64,000 nt of DNA, taken from the NCBI GenBank assembly GCA_905331295.1, contig CAJNYD010000503.1, forward strand, positions 1 through 64,000, read 5' to 3'. This DNA is from Rotaria socialis. Its lineage: Eukaryota. The position numbers and the translations under genes are program-made. The notes under the pieces are model-generated. The model worked only from the letters and a program-made list of their open reading frames with translations, did no database searches and was not told where the DNA came from. The stretch's first letter is position 1. The number at the start of each line of letters is the position of its first letter. Shown here piece after piece: positions 61,568-64,000 of this stretch.

Positions 61568-64000
61568 GTAGGCATGGATCGAATGAGATTATTTTTTCGA
61601 AGATAAACTAACGCCTCGCACACAATTAGCACATGAAAAAACATCCAAAGATGAATAAACGGGAAAGTCGTCTTTGATTTCGATGTAAACGAAAAAAGGG
61701 CTTATGAGTTTGCAGCGGTGCATAAACTCTTTTTCTGTATATCATGAAGATGACGAACGATTTATCCGTGTATGATTTGGAAAAATATTTATTGAGTATC
61801 TCAAAAAAGGAAAAAAGACTTGTTATCTATTGCTAACTCATAAACGCTTATCTTTTACAGTGCGCGCAGACAGTATATTTGGCTTTATCTCACGAGTAAC
61901 TTTATTTGCTTTTGTTGATGTCATCCATGCTGAAATCGGTCGTTAGTTTGATGACGATGAAAAAATTTATGACCTTAAACAATAAAGTAGCAGCCTTCCA
62001 TTATATACCATTCGCCATATGTTATTTACTACCTTCTCATATTTCTTTTTATCACTACAGAATTCATCTCATTGTTGTGAAAAGCATTGATCTAAGAAAC
62101 AAAATTAAGTTGTAAAACAACAACAATAGCGAACGAACGGAAAAATCAACCGAATCGAACTGAACTCGAATCAGTAAGATTCAGTTTGATTCAATCTCTG
62201 ATTCCTAATAATAATATATTCACCAAGTATAGTATCGACTACCTGCTCAAGAGTGAGCCTCTGAGAAAATCAGACGTTTGTAGTACAACGTTGGCAGTTG
62301 ATCATTTTAGATTTGGCTGATTTTTAATATGCTATAGCTAGGGTAGCCAATATTCTTTCGTGAAAGTTTCAGCGAAATAGCTTGTATCGGTCAGATGTGA
62401 ACATCATGGTATTGGTGGCAATTTTTATTCATATTTTCCACCGAGATATTTTCTCATCATATTGTAGCGCATGGATGTTAATCAAGCATATTGTTTCAAT
62501 CGTTGAAAACATATTGCAAAATGAGAACAAATAGTTAGCATAATTGCGATGGACACCACAAGTTATGACTTCTTTTGTGACCAACTCCGATAATAAATAG
62601 TCGTGGCTGCTATTTTCATTTTTTTGTTTCTTTACTTACTTAACAGCATACTATGCTACTCGTGCCATCACATTTGCATCCAAACTTTTCTTTGACACAA
62701 TTGCTTTTAGGCTTATCATCGAACAACAGAACATAAAAGAAAAATACGTTATGTTTATTTGTTCTCTACTGCCTTAGCTATGCTTTCACATTCTTATTCC
62801 CTCGCATCGTAAAAAAAGTACTCAAACATTCAGGTAACTTTCACATTATCATCACTACTTGTATTTTAAAAAATAATAAAAATGGGTTGTTCAAATAGCA
62901 GTATCGTTCACCCTTCCGCAGTGAAACAACTTTCGACGACATTATCCTTGATTAAGTCATCGTCTTCAAAAGAAGGTAGAACGAAAAAGACTATCTTTCG
63001 CCTACAAAAGTGTTAGGATTTTGCACGAATACTATTCAAACAGCTTGATTAAGGCGAAATGGGTAAGAAAAAAAAATGCAAATAACGATGTGAAATGGTT
63101 GCAGATTCATTCCATAAAATGATTTTTTGGTAGTTATGAAAGCGACTAATTCATCACACATAGAATTGTTTCCGTTACCACAATTTTACGCATTTCTTAC
63201 AAATCATTCGAAGGCATTCTCCTATGATCGTTTCGTGTCGTTATTCTTATTTTTTAAATAATTATTTGCGTATATATTTTATTCTTCTCAATACCTCATT
63301 GTCTCCGACTCTTACTATCTTCCACTTCTCTTTTCGTGTACCGCCCTGCCTCTCCCGCCAGAGTAAAAACCGATCGATCTTTCATATCGCGATCGTTTCG
63401 CGACATTCCTGGTTCAGGTATGGATATGAATATTCACTTCAAGCATGCTCACGTTCAGACCCATATGATCACACCCTCTATATACGTCTCAGTTATCTAC
63501 GGCAATAGACTAAAGTACTTCTTATATTGCTGTCTAGGAGTAAAAGAAAGTACATGAAATGTTTTGTAAGAGTGGAAATAAAAAATCCAATATTCGATTA
63601 AGTGAACCAGTCGTTAAAAATGAAAAACTATCAAGGGAAATTAAATTGTCAATAGTTGACATCTTGTTTTCTGATGTTAAGATAGATCACAAAGTTTCAT
63701 TTTAATGGAACAAAATAGAGAATTTGTAACGTGCTTTATTACTAACAGCGTAAAGCTCACACAAGCTCTTACTCCCGCTAGAGTTCTACATAGTTTCAAC
63801 CATCTCAAACTACATAGAACCACAGCACAAAAAAAGCAATAGGCAGATATACTCAGTATTGTTCTTTCATTGCAATACAAAAGAACACAGATTGGTCGCA
63901 TATCACCGCTTCACTGAGGCGAGCCTCCATTAATGAATAAAAACGCATTGAGAAAAAGATGACATCTTTGGAAATTTACAGCGCTAGTTGAGCTTTAGCC

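Noticed and set aside
63677..64000. Minus-strand ORF at the window end
   Set aside because: Short, stops in all frames nearby, and no recognisable motif.

Overview
AT-rich eukaryotic genomic DNA with short (~50-60 nt) GT-AG introns and one N gap (14240-14249). The gene families (F-box/LRR, B-box+NHL, TPR, intronless foreign-looking genes) and TGTGGG/TGAGGG repeats suggest a bdelloid rotifer (inference). Apparently intact genes: a Gly-rich 1073-aa protein, a nuclease-fold+kinase protein, an F-box gene, a B-box/NHL gene, acid sphingomyelinase and a carboxylesterase. Broken fragments: PRPF4, RNF34/RFFL, USP24, an SLC16 transporter, F-box genes, a TPR protein and a DEDD exonuclease. There are also Tc1/mariner- and hAT-type MITEs, a tRNA-derived SINE, a decayed LTR element and an inverted repeat with a hammerhead-like motif. 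The most striking signal is about 20 short junctions, all oriented (TGTGGG)n - unique spacer of about 15-30 nt - (CCCACA)n. They divide the window into segments of roughly one gene each, and several sit exactly where a gene or transposon is cut off. The window reads like a chain of telomere-capped DNA fragments joined end to end.
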